Shown here in pieces: positions 1-9,392 of a stretch of 64,000 bases of DNA. Both the position numbers and the translations under genes were made by a program. The notes under the pieces are model-generated. The model was not told where the DNA came from and made no database searches. It was given only the letters and a program-made list of their open reading frames with translations. Position 1 is the first letter of the stretch. Each line of letters begins with the position of its first letter. The stretch is from Smithellaceae bacterium. Its GTDB lineage: Bacteria > Desulfobacterota > Syntrophia > Syntrophales > Smithellaceae. The DNA is taken from positions 1,728,001 to 1,792,000 of the forward strand of contig CAXXVL010000002.1 of the NCBI GenBank assembly GCA_963667845.2, given 5' to 3'.

Positions 1-304
1 GCCTGATGGCTTCCGTTTCCGCTTCAAATAACTCACGGCTGGTCGGCACGTTGTTTTTGGGCGGTATGTAAACGTCGGGTGCTCCAATGGAATAGGAGCG
101 CAAAAGCGATTTCCAGAAGGAGCTCAGTCGTTCCTCGCGCGGGGCCAGGGCAGCTTCGCCGACCGAAAGCTTCTTTGCGGCTTCGCGGATGATTTCCCGG
201 TCCGCATACAGGATGTTCAGTTTCTTCGCGAGCTGCTGTCCGATATACGCTCCTCCGGACCCCAGCTGACGGCTGATCGTGATGATGAAGGGTGACGTGG
301 TCAT
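1..304 (-). CDS. Cytidylate kinase-like family protein (5' part; runs off the window start)
   Basis: Manual translation from ATG at 304: MTTSPFIITISRQLGSGGAYIGQQLAKKLNILYADREII, with the ITISRQxGSGG P-loop of the Cytidylate_kin2 family; GGAGG RBS upstream. Confidence 0.85.
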   Translation of the reverse strand, partial: MTTSPFIITISRQLGSGGAYIGQQLAKKLNILYADREIIREAAKKLSVGEAALAPREERLSSFWKSLLRSYSIGAPDVYIPPKNNVPTSRELFEAETEAIR

Positions 305-327
305 TCTTTATTCCTCCTGTGTTTCAT

Positions 328-1542
328 TTACTTCCAATCGCATGAAACAGGCTGGTCCGGCGTCGCCGGGGCCGACACTCTTTTCCCGAGCAAAAAATGA
401 TACAGAACAATGGCCGCCAGAATTAAAGCAATCATGGCCAGGAATGACCCCCGGTATCCGGTAAACGGAATCAGAGATCCCAGCAGATAGGGCCCGGCGC
501 CGAACCCGAGATCGACGAAAATAAAAAAAGTCGATGTTGCCAATCCCAGTCTGTTTGCGGGGATCCCTTTGATGGACATCGCCTGCGCGCAGGAGATGAA
601 GTTGCCGTATCCCAGACCGATGATGGCGCCGGCGGCAAGCAGTGTGATTCCCTGACTGGCCTGACTGAATAACAGCATACCCACGCAATAAATAAAAAAG
701 CAAGGATACATGACAATATTGGGTCCGCGGACGTCCAGCAGGCGCCCCGAAAAAGGTCTGGAGACCAGGACCGCCACGGAATATACAAGGAAGTAGAAGC
801 TCGCCGCTTTTTCCAGGTGGAGATCCACCGCATATAAAGACATGAACGCCAGCACGACCGAATAGCTGAGTCCGATCGTCAAGGCCACAAGCGATATGGG
901 CATTGCCTTCAGTTCCAGATATCTCGAAATCTGAAATTGTTCCTGGGCTTCGGGCCGAACCGGCTCGGGCTTTGGGTCGGTCCGATCGGTCACCCAAAAA
1001 GACAGGATAAAACTGACAAAGGCAAATATCGAAACGACAACGAAAATCATCAGTGAATGCAGATAATGAAGCGAAAGAATGCCCAGAAAAGGCCCCAGCG
1101 CCACCCCCAGGATCGCCCCCAGGCTGTAATAACCGATGCCTTCGCCGCGCCGGTTGTCCGGAATAATCTGGGCGACGATCGTTCCTGTTGCGGTGCTGGC
1201 CACCCCGTAAGCGATGCCGTTAAAAAGTCTGACGATGATCAAAAGGGTCAAATTGACCGCGGCAAAATAGAGCAGGGAAGTGATGATAAAAAGGATGGTT
1301 CCGATCAGTAAGATCTTCTTGCTGCTGGTGATTTCCGTCAGGCGCCCCGCCCCCAGACGCCCGATCAGAGCCCCGATGATAAAAATCCCCGCCACGAGTC
1401 CGGCAAGACTCGCGGACGCCTGAAATTTATCTACGGCATATGCGGCGATCGTAACCAGCAATAAGAAATGGATTAAAAATACCAGAAAATTGATTACGGA
1501 CACCGTTACAAAATCTTTTGTCCATAATTTTTCCGTGTCCAT
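328..1542 (-). CDS. MFS transporter
   Basis: 404 aa, about 12 hydrophobic segments, GRLLDVRG MFS loop motif. Confidence 0.9.
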   Translation of the reverse strand: MDTEKLWTKDFVTVSVINFLVFLIHFLLLVTIAAYAVDKFQASASLAGLVAGIFIIGALIGRLGAGRLTEITSSKKILLIGTILFIITSLLYFAAVNLTLLIIVRLFNGIAYGVASTATGTIVAQIIPDNRRGEGIGYYSLGAILGVALGPFLGILSLHYLHSLMIFVVVSIFAFVSFILSFWVTDRTDPKPEPVRPEAQEQFQISRYLELKAMPISLVALTIGLSYSVVLAFMSLYAVDLHLEKAASFYFLVYSVAVLVSRPFSGRLLDVRGPNIVMYPCFFIYCVGMLLFSQASQGITLLAAGAIIGLGYGNFISCAQAMSIKGIPANRLGLATSTFFIFVDLGFGAGPYLLGSLIPFTGYRGSFLAMIALILAAIVLYHFLLGKRVSAPATPDQPVSCDWK

Positions 1543-1577
1543 GTGATATGCCTTCTAAAAGTCCCGAATTTATTTCC

Positions 1578-1781
1578 AACAGGCTGTTGAAAAAGGCTCA
1601 TATCCCGCGTTGCGCTTCGGCTCTCGCATGCTCACGTACGTTTGAGTACGCTCCGCTGCTCGATCCTCACGACGCCTTGTCTCTAAGCCTTTTGTTTCGC
1701 CTTCGGCTCAACCGGCAGGGAAGCGGCTCTAGACATGATGCGCCTCCCTGCGGGAGCGCGCCCCCGGGGGAACACCCTGCT
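1578..1781. mobile_element. MITE-like element with an interrupted right inverted repeat
   Basis: Left end AACAGGCTGTTGAAAAAGGCT. The complementary right end is split into AGCCTTTTG (1686-1694) and GAACACCCTGCT (1770-1781). Internal CGTAC..GTACG hairpin; no transposase. Confidence 0.5.
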
Positions 1782-1881
1782 AAATGAAACAAGAATAGAA
1801 AAGTCAGATCTCCCGGCGGTACATGTTTAACAAAAGCCACTGGGAAATATGCATTATCTAGTGCCCACCTGGAAAATAAGT

Positions 1882-1996
1882 TGTCATTTCGACGCGTGCC
1901 CTCGAGTGACCTTCAGGTCATCAGGGTAAGAAACGAAGTGACTGAGAAATCTATAAAAAATTATTGAAAAGATTTCTCTCTACGGTCGAAATGACA
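1882..1996. repeat. REP-like nested palindromic element, copy 1
   Basis: Outer IR TGTCATTTCGAC/GTCGAAATGACA and inner IR GAGAAATCT/AGATTTCTC; related copy at 34416. Confidence 0.7.
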
Positions 1997-2005
1997 GAAT
2001 ACTGG

Positions 2006-2037
2006 TGCCGGCGGCCCAGATTTTGGGGCCGCCAGCA
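2006..2037 (-). terminator. GC-rich hairpin downstream of the thiolase, possible terminator
   Basis: GGCGGCCC..GGGCCGCC stem about 20 nt after the thiolase stop; weak U-tract. Confidence 0.45.
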
Positions 2038-2057
2038 TTACAATACAGTATGAAGAT

Positions 2058-3275
2058 TTAGCGCTGCAAGTTCTCGATGACCGTCGCCACGCCCAGACCG
2101 CCGCCGCAGCACGAGCTGAAACAGCCGTACCGGCCGCTTCTGCGGATGAGCTCCTTCATGGTGAAAATGCAAAGACGGGCGCCGGATGCCCCATTGGGAT
2201 GGCCGAAGGCGATTGCGCCGCCGTTGGGGTTCCACTTATCGCTGAAACAATCCACTTTATCGCCGGTCTGCTTTTCCAGTTCCTTGGCCACCGCCAGATT
2301 CTGAACCGCAAAGGCTTCGTTGCATTCGATCACGTCCATCTCGGAGAGCTTCGTGCCCGCGCGCTTGAGCGCGATCGGCACCGCATAAGCCGGGCCGATG
2401 CCCATGATCTTGGGATCCACGCCGTAGTCACCGCCGGCAACCCAGCGGGCCATCGGTTTGTAACCCAGCTCTTCGGCTTTTTCCCGGGTCATCATGAGCA
2501 CAAATGCGGCCCCGTCATTGCGCCCGGAAGAATTACCCGCCGTCACCGTGCCGTCTTTGATAAACGCGGGGGGCAGGGCCGAGAGCGCTTCCATCGAGGT
2601 TGCCCGCGGATGCTCGTCCACTTTGAACTCAAGCGGCGGATTCTTCTTGCCCTGAGGAACCAGGACGGGAATAATTTCCTCAACGAAATAACCGGCCTCG
2701 ATGGCCTTCTTGGCCAGCACCTGACTGCGCAGACCGAATTCATCCTGGGTCTTGCGGGAAACGTTGTACATTTTCTGCAGGGCTTCCGCCGTAAGTCCCA
2801 TATTCCGCGTTGCCGGATCCAGGGTGGGGGAAAGCGACGTCTGGATGGGCAGCGGGGGAATCATTTTAAAAGGTTCGGTGGCCATGGAAAATCTGGCCGT
2901 TGCCTGGCTGTAGGACTCCGCGCCGCCGGCAATCATGATGTCGGCATGGCCGGCCAGGATTCTGTAGGCTGCGTGGTTGATCGAATCAATCGCCGAACCG
3001 CACTGCATCTCTACGTATGATGCGGACGTGCTTTCGGGAAGGCCGCTCGCGAGTGTCACCCAGCGGGCCGGATTGATCGCGGACGTAGCGCCCAGGGCCG
3101 AGCCCATATAAACCGCCTCAACGACGCCGCCCTTTTCCAGAATTTTCGATTTTTCGACGAGCCCTTTCAGGCCCAGACCACCTAACTGCTCCATTGTAAA
3201 ATTCCGCAGCGTTTTTCCCATTGTACCGAAAGCCGTGCGGGCTCCGTCGACAAATACAACTTCTTTCTTGCTCAT
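2058..3275 (-). CDS. Thiolase (acetyl-CoA C-acyltransferase)
   Basis: MQCGS active-site Cys, NEAFA, GGAIAFGHPNGASG and CCGGGLG motifs. Confidence 0.95.
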   Translation of the reverse strand: MSKKEVVFVDGARTAFGTMGKTLRNFTMEQLGGLGLKGLVEKSKILEKGGVVEAVYMGSALGATSAINPARWVTLASGLPESTSASYVEMQCGSAIDSINHAAYRILAGHADIMIAGGAESYSQATARFSMATEPFKMIPPLPIQTSLSPTLDPATRNMGLTAEALQKMYNVSRKTQDEFGLRSQVLAKKAIEAGYFVEEIIPVLVPQGKKNPPLEFKVDEHPRATSMEALSALPPAFIKDGTVTAGNSSGRNDGAAFVLMMTREKAEELGYKPMARWVAGGDYGVDPKIMGIGPAYAVPIALKRAGTKLSEMDVIECNEAFAVQNLAVAKELEKQTGDKVDCFSDKWNPNGGAIAFGHPNGASGARLCIFTMKELIRRSGRYGCFSSCCGGGLGVATVIENLQR

Positions 3276-3545
3276 GTTTCATCTCCTATATATGAATTTT
3301 TTTTGATCACTTTTTTAAGCGGCTTCCCCCTGGCATTCTAAGGTCCCTGCAACTTTGTTTCATGCCCGTTTCAGGCGTAGCATTTTTTTTAGTTTTGTAA
3401 AATATTAATAATTATTTCCGGAAATGCAAGATGATTCCAACTTGGAAAGGAAAATTTTCTTGACACCCGGAACCCCGGGATGTACTTTGAAATCACAGTT
3501 AACCGGTTTTTTCGGCGGTCGAAGAAACAGGTTGATAGGAACATT

Positions 3546-4805
3546 ATGTTTAAAAGTACTCTTGCAGTTTTCGTTGTCTTCGCAATTTTCTTATTCTCCG
3601 GGGTAACTTCACCAAACTGCTGTGCTGCAGACACCTGCCTTGCGTGTCACGGCAACGCAGATCAATTGAAGTCGATGATCAACGATGAAGACTTCAACAA
3701 ACCCCCGGGCGGGGAAGGCTATGGGTGAGCCGGACCTCCTCCGCGGGTTACGGAGGCCTATAAAGGATTTTTGGTTACACAGGAAAGTCTGACCAAAGAT
3801 ATTCATTTGAAGAGAAGCTGCCGGGAATGCCATAAGGGAAACGCCGAAGCCGCAAAAAAGTCAGATGCCCACCAGGGTTTGATCGCGAAGCCGTCCGAAA
3901 ACATCGATACCTGTGCGACCTGCCATAAAGACATCAGCAGCCATTATAAAAAATCTCTCCATTATACGACAGCCGGTCTGCGCAAAGGCATCCATAAGCG
4001 CTTTTCCGCAGCGCAGGCCCAACAGTTTGACGCAAAAGTGTTTGAACAGTCCTGCCGGTCATGCCATGCCACCTGTGGAGACTGCCATGTGAATACGCCG
4101 ACCATTTCCGGCGTCAATCAGGGCCTCTTCGCCAATCATCGTTTCCAGAAAAAAAATGAAGACAAGACCTGCGCCGCCTGTCACGGCGGACGGGTTTACG
4201 CGGAGTTTACAGGAAGAGACAGCGGGGTCAGAGATATACACTTTGAAAAGGGGATGAAATGCCTTGATTGTCACAAGGCGCAGGAGCTTCACGGAAACGG
4301 CACGGAAGCGGACAGCAAAGCCAACGTGCAGGGGAAACAGTCCTGCACGGACTGTCATAAACTGGATGCTTCCGCCCCCAGCGGCAAAGTCCATGCGCAG
4401 CACGCGGCGAAAACCAGCTGCCATGCGTGCCATGTCGCAAGCGCTTACAATCAATGCTCATCCTGCCATATCGGCAAAGGGGCCTCGTCATCCCAGGCTT
4501 TTCTTCTCGGCAGGGATCCTCAAAATAAAGACCGTCTGGTGACCCTGCGACTGACGCCCGCCGTCAGAGACACTTTCGCCTCTGCGGGGATTTTTATGGA
4601 TAACTTTGATCGGAGCGCCAATTTCTGGGCGGCGCCGATCCACAACATCCGCAAGAAAACGGCGAGGACAAGGACCTGCGGGCCATGCCATACGGCCGAT
4701 AAAGAAGGCTTCCTTACCGCAGAGTCGTTGCCGAAAGACGGTTCCAAGCAAAACAGTGCTTTGATCTATGATCAAAAAGCGTTCAGAGTTTATAAGAAGC
4801 AGTAA
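3546..4805 (+). CDS. Exported multiheme cytochrome c, 11 CxxCH motifs, probable selenoprotein (in-frame TGA 3726-3728, codon 61)
   Basis: ORFs 3480-3728 and 3771-4805 are in the same frame and separated only by one TGA: GGEGYG-U-AGPPPRVTEAYKGFL. Signal peptide and the first CxxCH lie before the TGA and 10 CxxCH after it. AGGA RBS before ATG 3546; hairpin follows the TGA. Confidence 0.85.
3738..3756 (+). promoter_or_regulatory. Putative bacterial SECIS hairpin (cytochrome)
   Basis: CCTCCG-[CGGGTTA]-CGGAGG; G-containing loop starts 16 nt after the TGA. Confidence 0.65.
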
Positions 4806-4830
4806 CAATAAAGAATGAAGGAGGAAAATC

Positions 4831-6552
4831 ATGTTAAGGTTTTTGAAGACCTGTTTCCCCGTGGTCCTTGCGGGTTGCCTGCTGTTTGCGGCGCCGGTGA
4901 TGGCCCATGGAATCAAGGGAAATCTTGTGAGCATCGATTGGCTTGAGAAAAATCTAAAAAAGCCCGATGTTCTGGTGCTGGACGCGTCAGTCACGCAACA
5001 GTACACGGCAAAACACATTCCGGACGCGGTCAGCGTGTCATTTACCCAGGAAGAGAGCAAGTCGCAGGGTGTGAACCTGTCTTACGGCGGTGGTGTGGAT
5101 TACTTCACCGACACGGAAAATTGCCCCTATGCTTTTCAGGAGATGCCCGTCAATGAAATGACCAAACTCTACCAGTCCTGGGGGATAAGTCCGAACAAAA
5201 AGATTGTCATTTATGACCAGGGCGGACAATTTCTGGCCACCAGGCTTTTCTTCTCGCTGTACTATCATGGCTTCCCGACCAAGAATCTTTACATCCTGGA
5301 CGGCGGCCTTTCCAAATGGCAGGAAGAGGGATTACCGGTAACCAAAGAAGTGACCCCCGCGCCTAAAAAAGGGACTTTCAAAATTACGAAAGTCAACGAA
5401 AACATCAAAGTGCAACTGCCGGAGTTTCTGGCGGCCAGCGGTGATCGAGTTAACAACGTCCTGGTGGAAGGGCTTCCCGCCGTCTGGCATTTCGGGGAGG
5501 CGCTGAACTATGACAGACCCGGTCACATTCCTTTTGCGATCATGCTGTCGTTCACCGATTTCTTCAATCCGGATAAAACATACAAGTCGCGCGAAGAAAT
5601 TCAAAGGATGCTCACGTATCTGGGGATCAGGCCGGAACAGCGTGTGTATACGCATTGAGGGGGCGGAATAGGCGGCAGTGTGCCGTTCTTCGCCCTGAAG
5701 TTCATTGTCGATTACCCGAAAGTTAAACATTTTACCGACTCTCAACTCGGATGGCTCTACGATGAAAGAGAGCTTCCGTTCTGGACGTATGACGCCCCGT
5801 ACCTGATGCGAGGCACAAGCTGGCTGCAATGGTGGGGTGGTCAGAGGACCAGAAGCCTCGGCAGTATCCACGTCAGCATTTTGGATGTGCGTTCCGCCGA
5901 TGCCTATAAACAGGGGCATGTGCCCTTTGCGTTGAACATCCCTGTGGACGTGTTTAAGGATAACGTCAAAAACGCCGGAGCATTGGCCAGGATTTTGGGG
6001 CCTGCCGGCGTCAACGCCGCTGATGAAGCGGTTGTCATTTCCGGCGCGGGCATCACGAAAGACTCTGCCCTCGCATTTTTGCTCCTGGAGAAGCTGGGGC
6101 AGAATAAAGTTTCTGTTTTCATGGATTCCATGGAAAAATGGGCGGAGCGCGGTTTCCCGCTGAAAAAAGACGCGACCGTGGTCGGACCTAAAAAAGTCCG
6201 GCATGATCTGTCCATTCCGCCCACTGAATACCCGGCCAAGTTCCGCAAGGACATCATCATTACCGATCCGAAGAGCACAAAAGGACTTTACCCCAAAGTC
6301 TTTATCGCTTCAGGCAAGGATGTCCCCGGGAAAGCTGTGGAGGGCAAAGTTGTTCATGTTCCCTACACGGAGCTCTTAAATGCGGATGGCAGTCCGAAAA
6401 TGGCAAAGGATACCTGGAATATTCTGGCCAAAGCCGGTGTCCCGAGATACGCGGAACTCGTTTGCTTCTCGGATGATCCCGGAGAGGCGGCGGTAAACTA
6501 TTTTATTCTTAAACTCATGGGCTACCCTGATATAAAGGTGTTGGTCTTCTAA
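4831..6552 (+). CDS. Exported multi-domain rhodanese/sulfurtransferase, probable selenoprotein (in-frame TGA 5656-5658, codon 276)
   Basis: ORFs 4831-5658 and 5680-6552 are in frame: VYTH-U-GGGIGGSV puts the TGA at the catalytic Cys position of the rhodanese loop. Signal peptide; LVSIDWL, HIPDA, LDGGL, GHIP and GHVP rhodanese motifs. Confidence 0.9.
5660..5696 (+). promoter_or_regulatory. Putative bacterial SECIS hairpin (rhodanese)
   Basis: Lower stem GGGGCGGA/TTCGCCCT, upper stem GGCGGCA-[GTG]-TGCCGTT; loop G is 20 nt after the TGA. Confidence 0.75.
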
Positions 6553-6572
6553 TCGCCCGTTCACTGTTTGGG

Positions 6573-6607
6573 AAGAGGGGTTCTTCAAAAGAGAACCCCT
6601 CTTTTTT
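6573..6607 (+). terminator. Rho-independent terminator closing the cytochrome-rhodanese operon
   Basis: AAGAGGGGTTCT..AGAACCCCTCTT followed by a T-run. Confidence 0.8.
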
Positions 6608-6715
6608 CATCAGGCGGTGAAGTTCCGCAATGGCCGTAATGCTTCAAAATATTAGGGCCAGGTCTTGAAAAATGAGTTTTCAGCCTCCGGGCGAATGTAG
6701 GGAACATTATAGGAT

Positions 6716-7261
6716 CTAAGGTAATTCTTTAGCAACTTTGGCGATGAGTATTCCCATTGCTATAAGAGCGGCAATGGATAGGGGTATTTTCCATTGTTGT
6801 CCGGCCATCTTATAGAAGGCAAATATGATCGCAAGACATAGAAGGCCCTTTATGCCTGTGGTCAGCGTTAGGCCGTAGATCAAAGTAATGGCTGCATATG
6901 CGAGCAAAGACAAAAGTGTGATTAGCCCAGCCAGGTGAGCTATGAAAGGGTATATCCCCAGTGTACGTTTATCGAAAGCAAATATCCAGAAGGCTAATGC
7001 CGCTGCTGCAATCGACCACTCTTGAAGTCGCTCCGGTTTTACAACCCATGTCTCCTGATGCATAAAGGAAGCCGTCAGGAGTATAAGTGCAACAAGAATA
7101 GCACCAAGACTGAGAATGAATTTATGAACTCCGTAGGCGCCGAGCACGCCGATTGCCATTAAGAGAACCAACACAATCCATCCGAGAATAAGTTCAATGC
7201 TGATCCTAAGATAAAGGTTGCTGCGAGGGCTATGAGAAGGAAAAAGATCGCCTGGCCCCAT
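6716..7261 (-). CDS. Hypothetical membrane protein, distal integron cassette ORF
   Basis: 181 aa, about 6 TM segments; follows attC 7329-7385; no attC of its own recognised. Confidence 0.65.
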   Translation of the reverse strand: MGPGDLFPSHSPRSNLYLRISIELILGWIVLVLLMAIGVLGAYGVHKFILSLGAILVALILLTASFMHQETWVVKPERLQEWSIAAAALAFWIFAFDKRTLGIYPFIAHLAGLITLLSLLAYAAITLIYGLTLTTGIKGLLCLAIIFAFYKMAGQQWKIPLSIAALIAMGILIAKVAKELP

Positions 7262-7328
7262 GCCAGTTTTATGATGAATTGTCTGGATGATTTGTCATCG
7301 TTCATCATGTTTCGTCCAATTTAGTCCC

Positions 7329-7385
7329 GCCCAACGGAAAGCTGCCCCGGATCGGACCCTGCGGCTGTGAGCGGCTTTGTTGATC
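7329..7385 (-). other. attC site (degenerate)
   Basis: Minus strand GATCAAC...TTTCCGTTGGGC, 57 bp imperfect palindrome starting 3 nt after the isochorismatase stop. Confidence 0.65.
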
Positions 7386-7388
7386 TCG

Positions 7389-7937
7389 TCAGAGCCGGCT
7401 CAATATTTCCTCCACTGACGCCACTTTGGCAAACAGACCGCTCAGGGCTGCCATGAATGCCGCATGGACATTTTCGGCAGAGACATTCGTACCGTTAAAG
7501 GACAAGGCTTTTGCAGCACAGGCATCATGAGCCAGAACGCACCGGAATCCATAGTCGCTTGCCGCACGCGTGGTGGTATCAATGCACATCTGGGTCATCA
7601 TCCCTGCGATTACAAGCTGTGAAATCTGATTCTCACGCAGATGTTCCAGTAGCTGCGTTTCACGAAAGCTGTTGGGGTAGTGTTTTTGAAAAACTGGTTC
7701 GCCGCTATCCGGTTCCACGCTCTTATGGATTTGCACTCCGGGTGTATTGGGCAAAAAGAAGGTTGCATCGGGTCTTGCGGAGATATGTTGAATGTGAATG
7801 ACGGGCAGCGCTTTTTCCCGAAACGATTGAAGGAGTTTCGCCGCCTGCGCCGCCGCCGCAGTGCTCCCCTTAAGCTCCATTTTTCCACCAGGGAAGTAGT
7901 CGTTTTGAATGTCGATGAGCAGCAATGCTTGTTTCAT
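7389..7937 (-). CDS. Isochorismatase/cysteine hydrolase family protein (cassette)
   Basis: ALLLIDIQNDYF, KHYPNSF and GMMTQMCID motifs. Confidence 0.92.
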   Translation of the reverse strand: MKQALLLIDIQNDYFPGGKMELKGSTAAAAQAAKLLQSFREKALPVIHIQHISARPDATFFLPNTPGVQIHKSVEPDSGEPVFQKHYPNSFRETQLLEHLRENQISQLVIAGMMTQMCIDTTTRAASDYGFRCVLAHDACAAKALSFNGTNVSAENVHAAFMAALSGLFAKVASVEEILSRL

Positions 7938-7944
7938 GGGTAAC

Positions 7945-8006
7945 CTCTAGCAAAAAGTTGAGTCGGAGTCCAGCGAGACGTGAGCTGCTCTAACTCCTTG
8001 TTCAGA
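7945..8006 (-). other. attC site (strongly degenerate)
   Basis: Minus strand TCTGAAC...TTTTTGCTAGAG, 62 bp, same intergenic position and layout as its neighbours; R' is GCT rather than GTT. Confidence 0.5.
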
Positions 8007-8013
8007 TCTCCTT

Positions 8014-8532
8014 TTATGTTATTACCGGTACGCCCGCTTGTGAGAGTACACTTTGGATTTCTTGCACAGAATAACTCTTTTTCGCCGTAATATGAATGAC
8101 AGGAATACCAGCAGCCTTGAGTATGTTGTCAACGAGCTGGTCCCGGTTTTGTCTTTTTGATTGGCTGTGGGTGCTATCGTCAAGTTCCACTACAAATTGA
8201 ACGCTCAGGGACGTTGGATCGCATGCAACTATGTCAACATGCTTGCTCTGAATTTTATTGAGGGCACTTTGCCGTGCCCTATTCGTCATTCCGCTTTTCA
8301 CCTTCACGATATCTGCCAAACGGACTTTCCCCATGAAACGATGGCGACCATTATCTGCCTGTTCAAGTACGCCCAGGAAAGAGCGTTCGGCAGGAGAGAA
8401 CAACGCATGTTTCTTCTCATATGGGTAGTTCTGCGCCCCTTGGGCTTTTTGTCTCAGAATTACTTTGATTACAGCAACGACGGCCAAGAGGAGGATGAGG
8501 ATAAAGACCAGAGATAGAAGGCTATTGAACAT
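8014..8532 (-). CDS. DUF2726 domain protein with N-terminal membrane anchor (cassette)
   Basis: LFSPAERSF, KVRLADIV, KHVD and VELDDSTH motifs; start moved to ATG 8532 (AAGGA RBS) because the longer ORF start lies inside the attC. Confidence 0.85.
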   Translation of the reverse strand: MFNSLLSLVFILILLLAVVAVIKVILRQKAQGAQNYPYEKKHALFSPAERSFLGVLEQADNGRHRFMGKVRLADIVKVKSGMTNRARQSALNKIQSKHVDIVACDPTSLSVQFVVELDDSTHSQSKRQNRDQLVDNILKAAGIPVIHITAKKSYSVQEIQSVLSQAGVPVIT

Positions 8533-8553
8533 TTGTGAGTGTTCCTTTCTTAT

Positions 8554-8609
8554 GCAGAACGAAAAAATCACCCGGAGCGTTAGCGATCGCTTGTATGTTC
8601 TTGTTAATC
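8554..8609 (-). other. attC site
   Basis: Minus strand GATTAAC...CGCTCCGGGTGATTTTTTCGTTCTGC, 56 bp. Confidence 0.7.
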
Positions 8610-8639
8610 GTCTTTTTTACGTTATTGTTACCATCGTTT

Positions 8640-9308
8640 TTATTTAAAATCGTGCCCAAACCATTTGCCCGAATTTTTCGAGATATCTCTGACCACACTA
8701 ATAATTCTCTTAAGGCAACTATGAACCATAAAGAAATCAATGGCGGGGATAGACTTACCTTGAAATGTAGTTAAGTCAAATGTAGTGCCATCAGGGGGAC
8801 CAAAACTATGAACTGCAGAAACGCGAAATCGGCTGTAGATTATAGCGGCAAATGTGCCGCGCCATATTTCCTTATGGACAAATTCAAGTTCAGTAGCATT
8901 CAAATGTGGAGCAAGCAGTTCAAGTATTTCATGCTCTTCGTAAAGTCGTCTGTCGGCGACTTGGAGCTTGTCAGAAATAGTATGTAGAATTGTCTTCCAC
9001 TTTCTGCGTTCTGATAGTTTATTGAGGGCATCATCTAGCATTTTGGGATGAACGTAAGCAAAGATTTCATTTCCACCATGTTCTTTTAGGATAGCGACAT
9101 AATTGTAGTTGCTGCGATCGTCTGGCCAATATAAGGCGGATGCTAACGCATCAATATAACAAGCACACAGGATACGCGCTTCGTCCCGTTTGTCAGCCTT
9201 GTAAAGCTCCCTTAGATAGTTTGCTTTATTATCATAGTCATCAAAGAAGGCATCGATAAACTCTATTTTTGCTCTTTGGTTTTCCTCTGCAACAGACGAC
9301 ATATTCAT
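8640..9308 (-). CDS. Hypothetical protein with HEPN-like Rx4H motif (cassette)
   Basis: 222 aa, lower GC than the flanks, RVSAVH in the C-terminal half. Confidence 0.7.
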   Translation of the reverse strand: MNMSSVAEENQRAKIEFIDAFFDDYDNKANYLRELYKADKRDEARILCACYIDALASALYWPDDRSNYNYVAILKEHGGNEIFAYVHPKMLDDALNKLSERRKWKTILHTISDKLQVADRRLYEEHEILELLAPHLNATELEFVHKEIWRGTFAAIIYSRFRVSAVHSFGPPDGTTFDLTTFQGKSIPAIDFFMVHSCLKRIISVVRDISKNSGKWFGHDFK

Positions 9309-9336
9309 GTTCCTAATCGTACCCAGATAACTTTAT

Positions 9337-9392
9337 CCTTAACGAAAAGATCAGCCGGATCGAAGCGATCGGGTGGATTGCACTTGCTAGGC
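9337..9392 (-). other. attC site
   Basis: Minus strand GCCTAGC...CCGGCTGATCTTTTCGTTAAGG; the gene's TAG stop is inside R''. Confidence 0.75.

Noticed and set aside
3726..5658. Genome-wide reassignment of TGA (genetic code 4 or 25) as the explanation for the in-frame TGAs
   Set aside because: Many ordinary genes here end in TGA (e.g. hisD, maf, rlmD) and Trp is encoded by TGG, so the read-through must be site-specific.
6650..6716. attC for the most distal cassette ORF
   Set aside because: No AAC..GTT-bounded palindrome is visible; the array end appears eroded.
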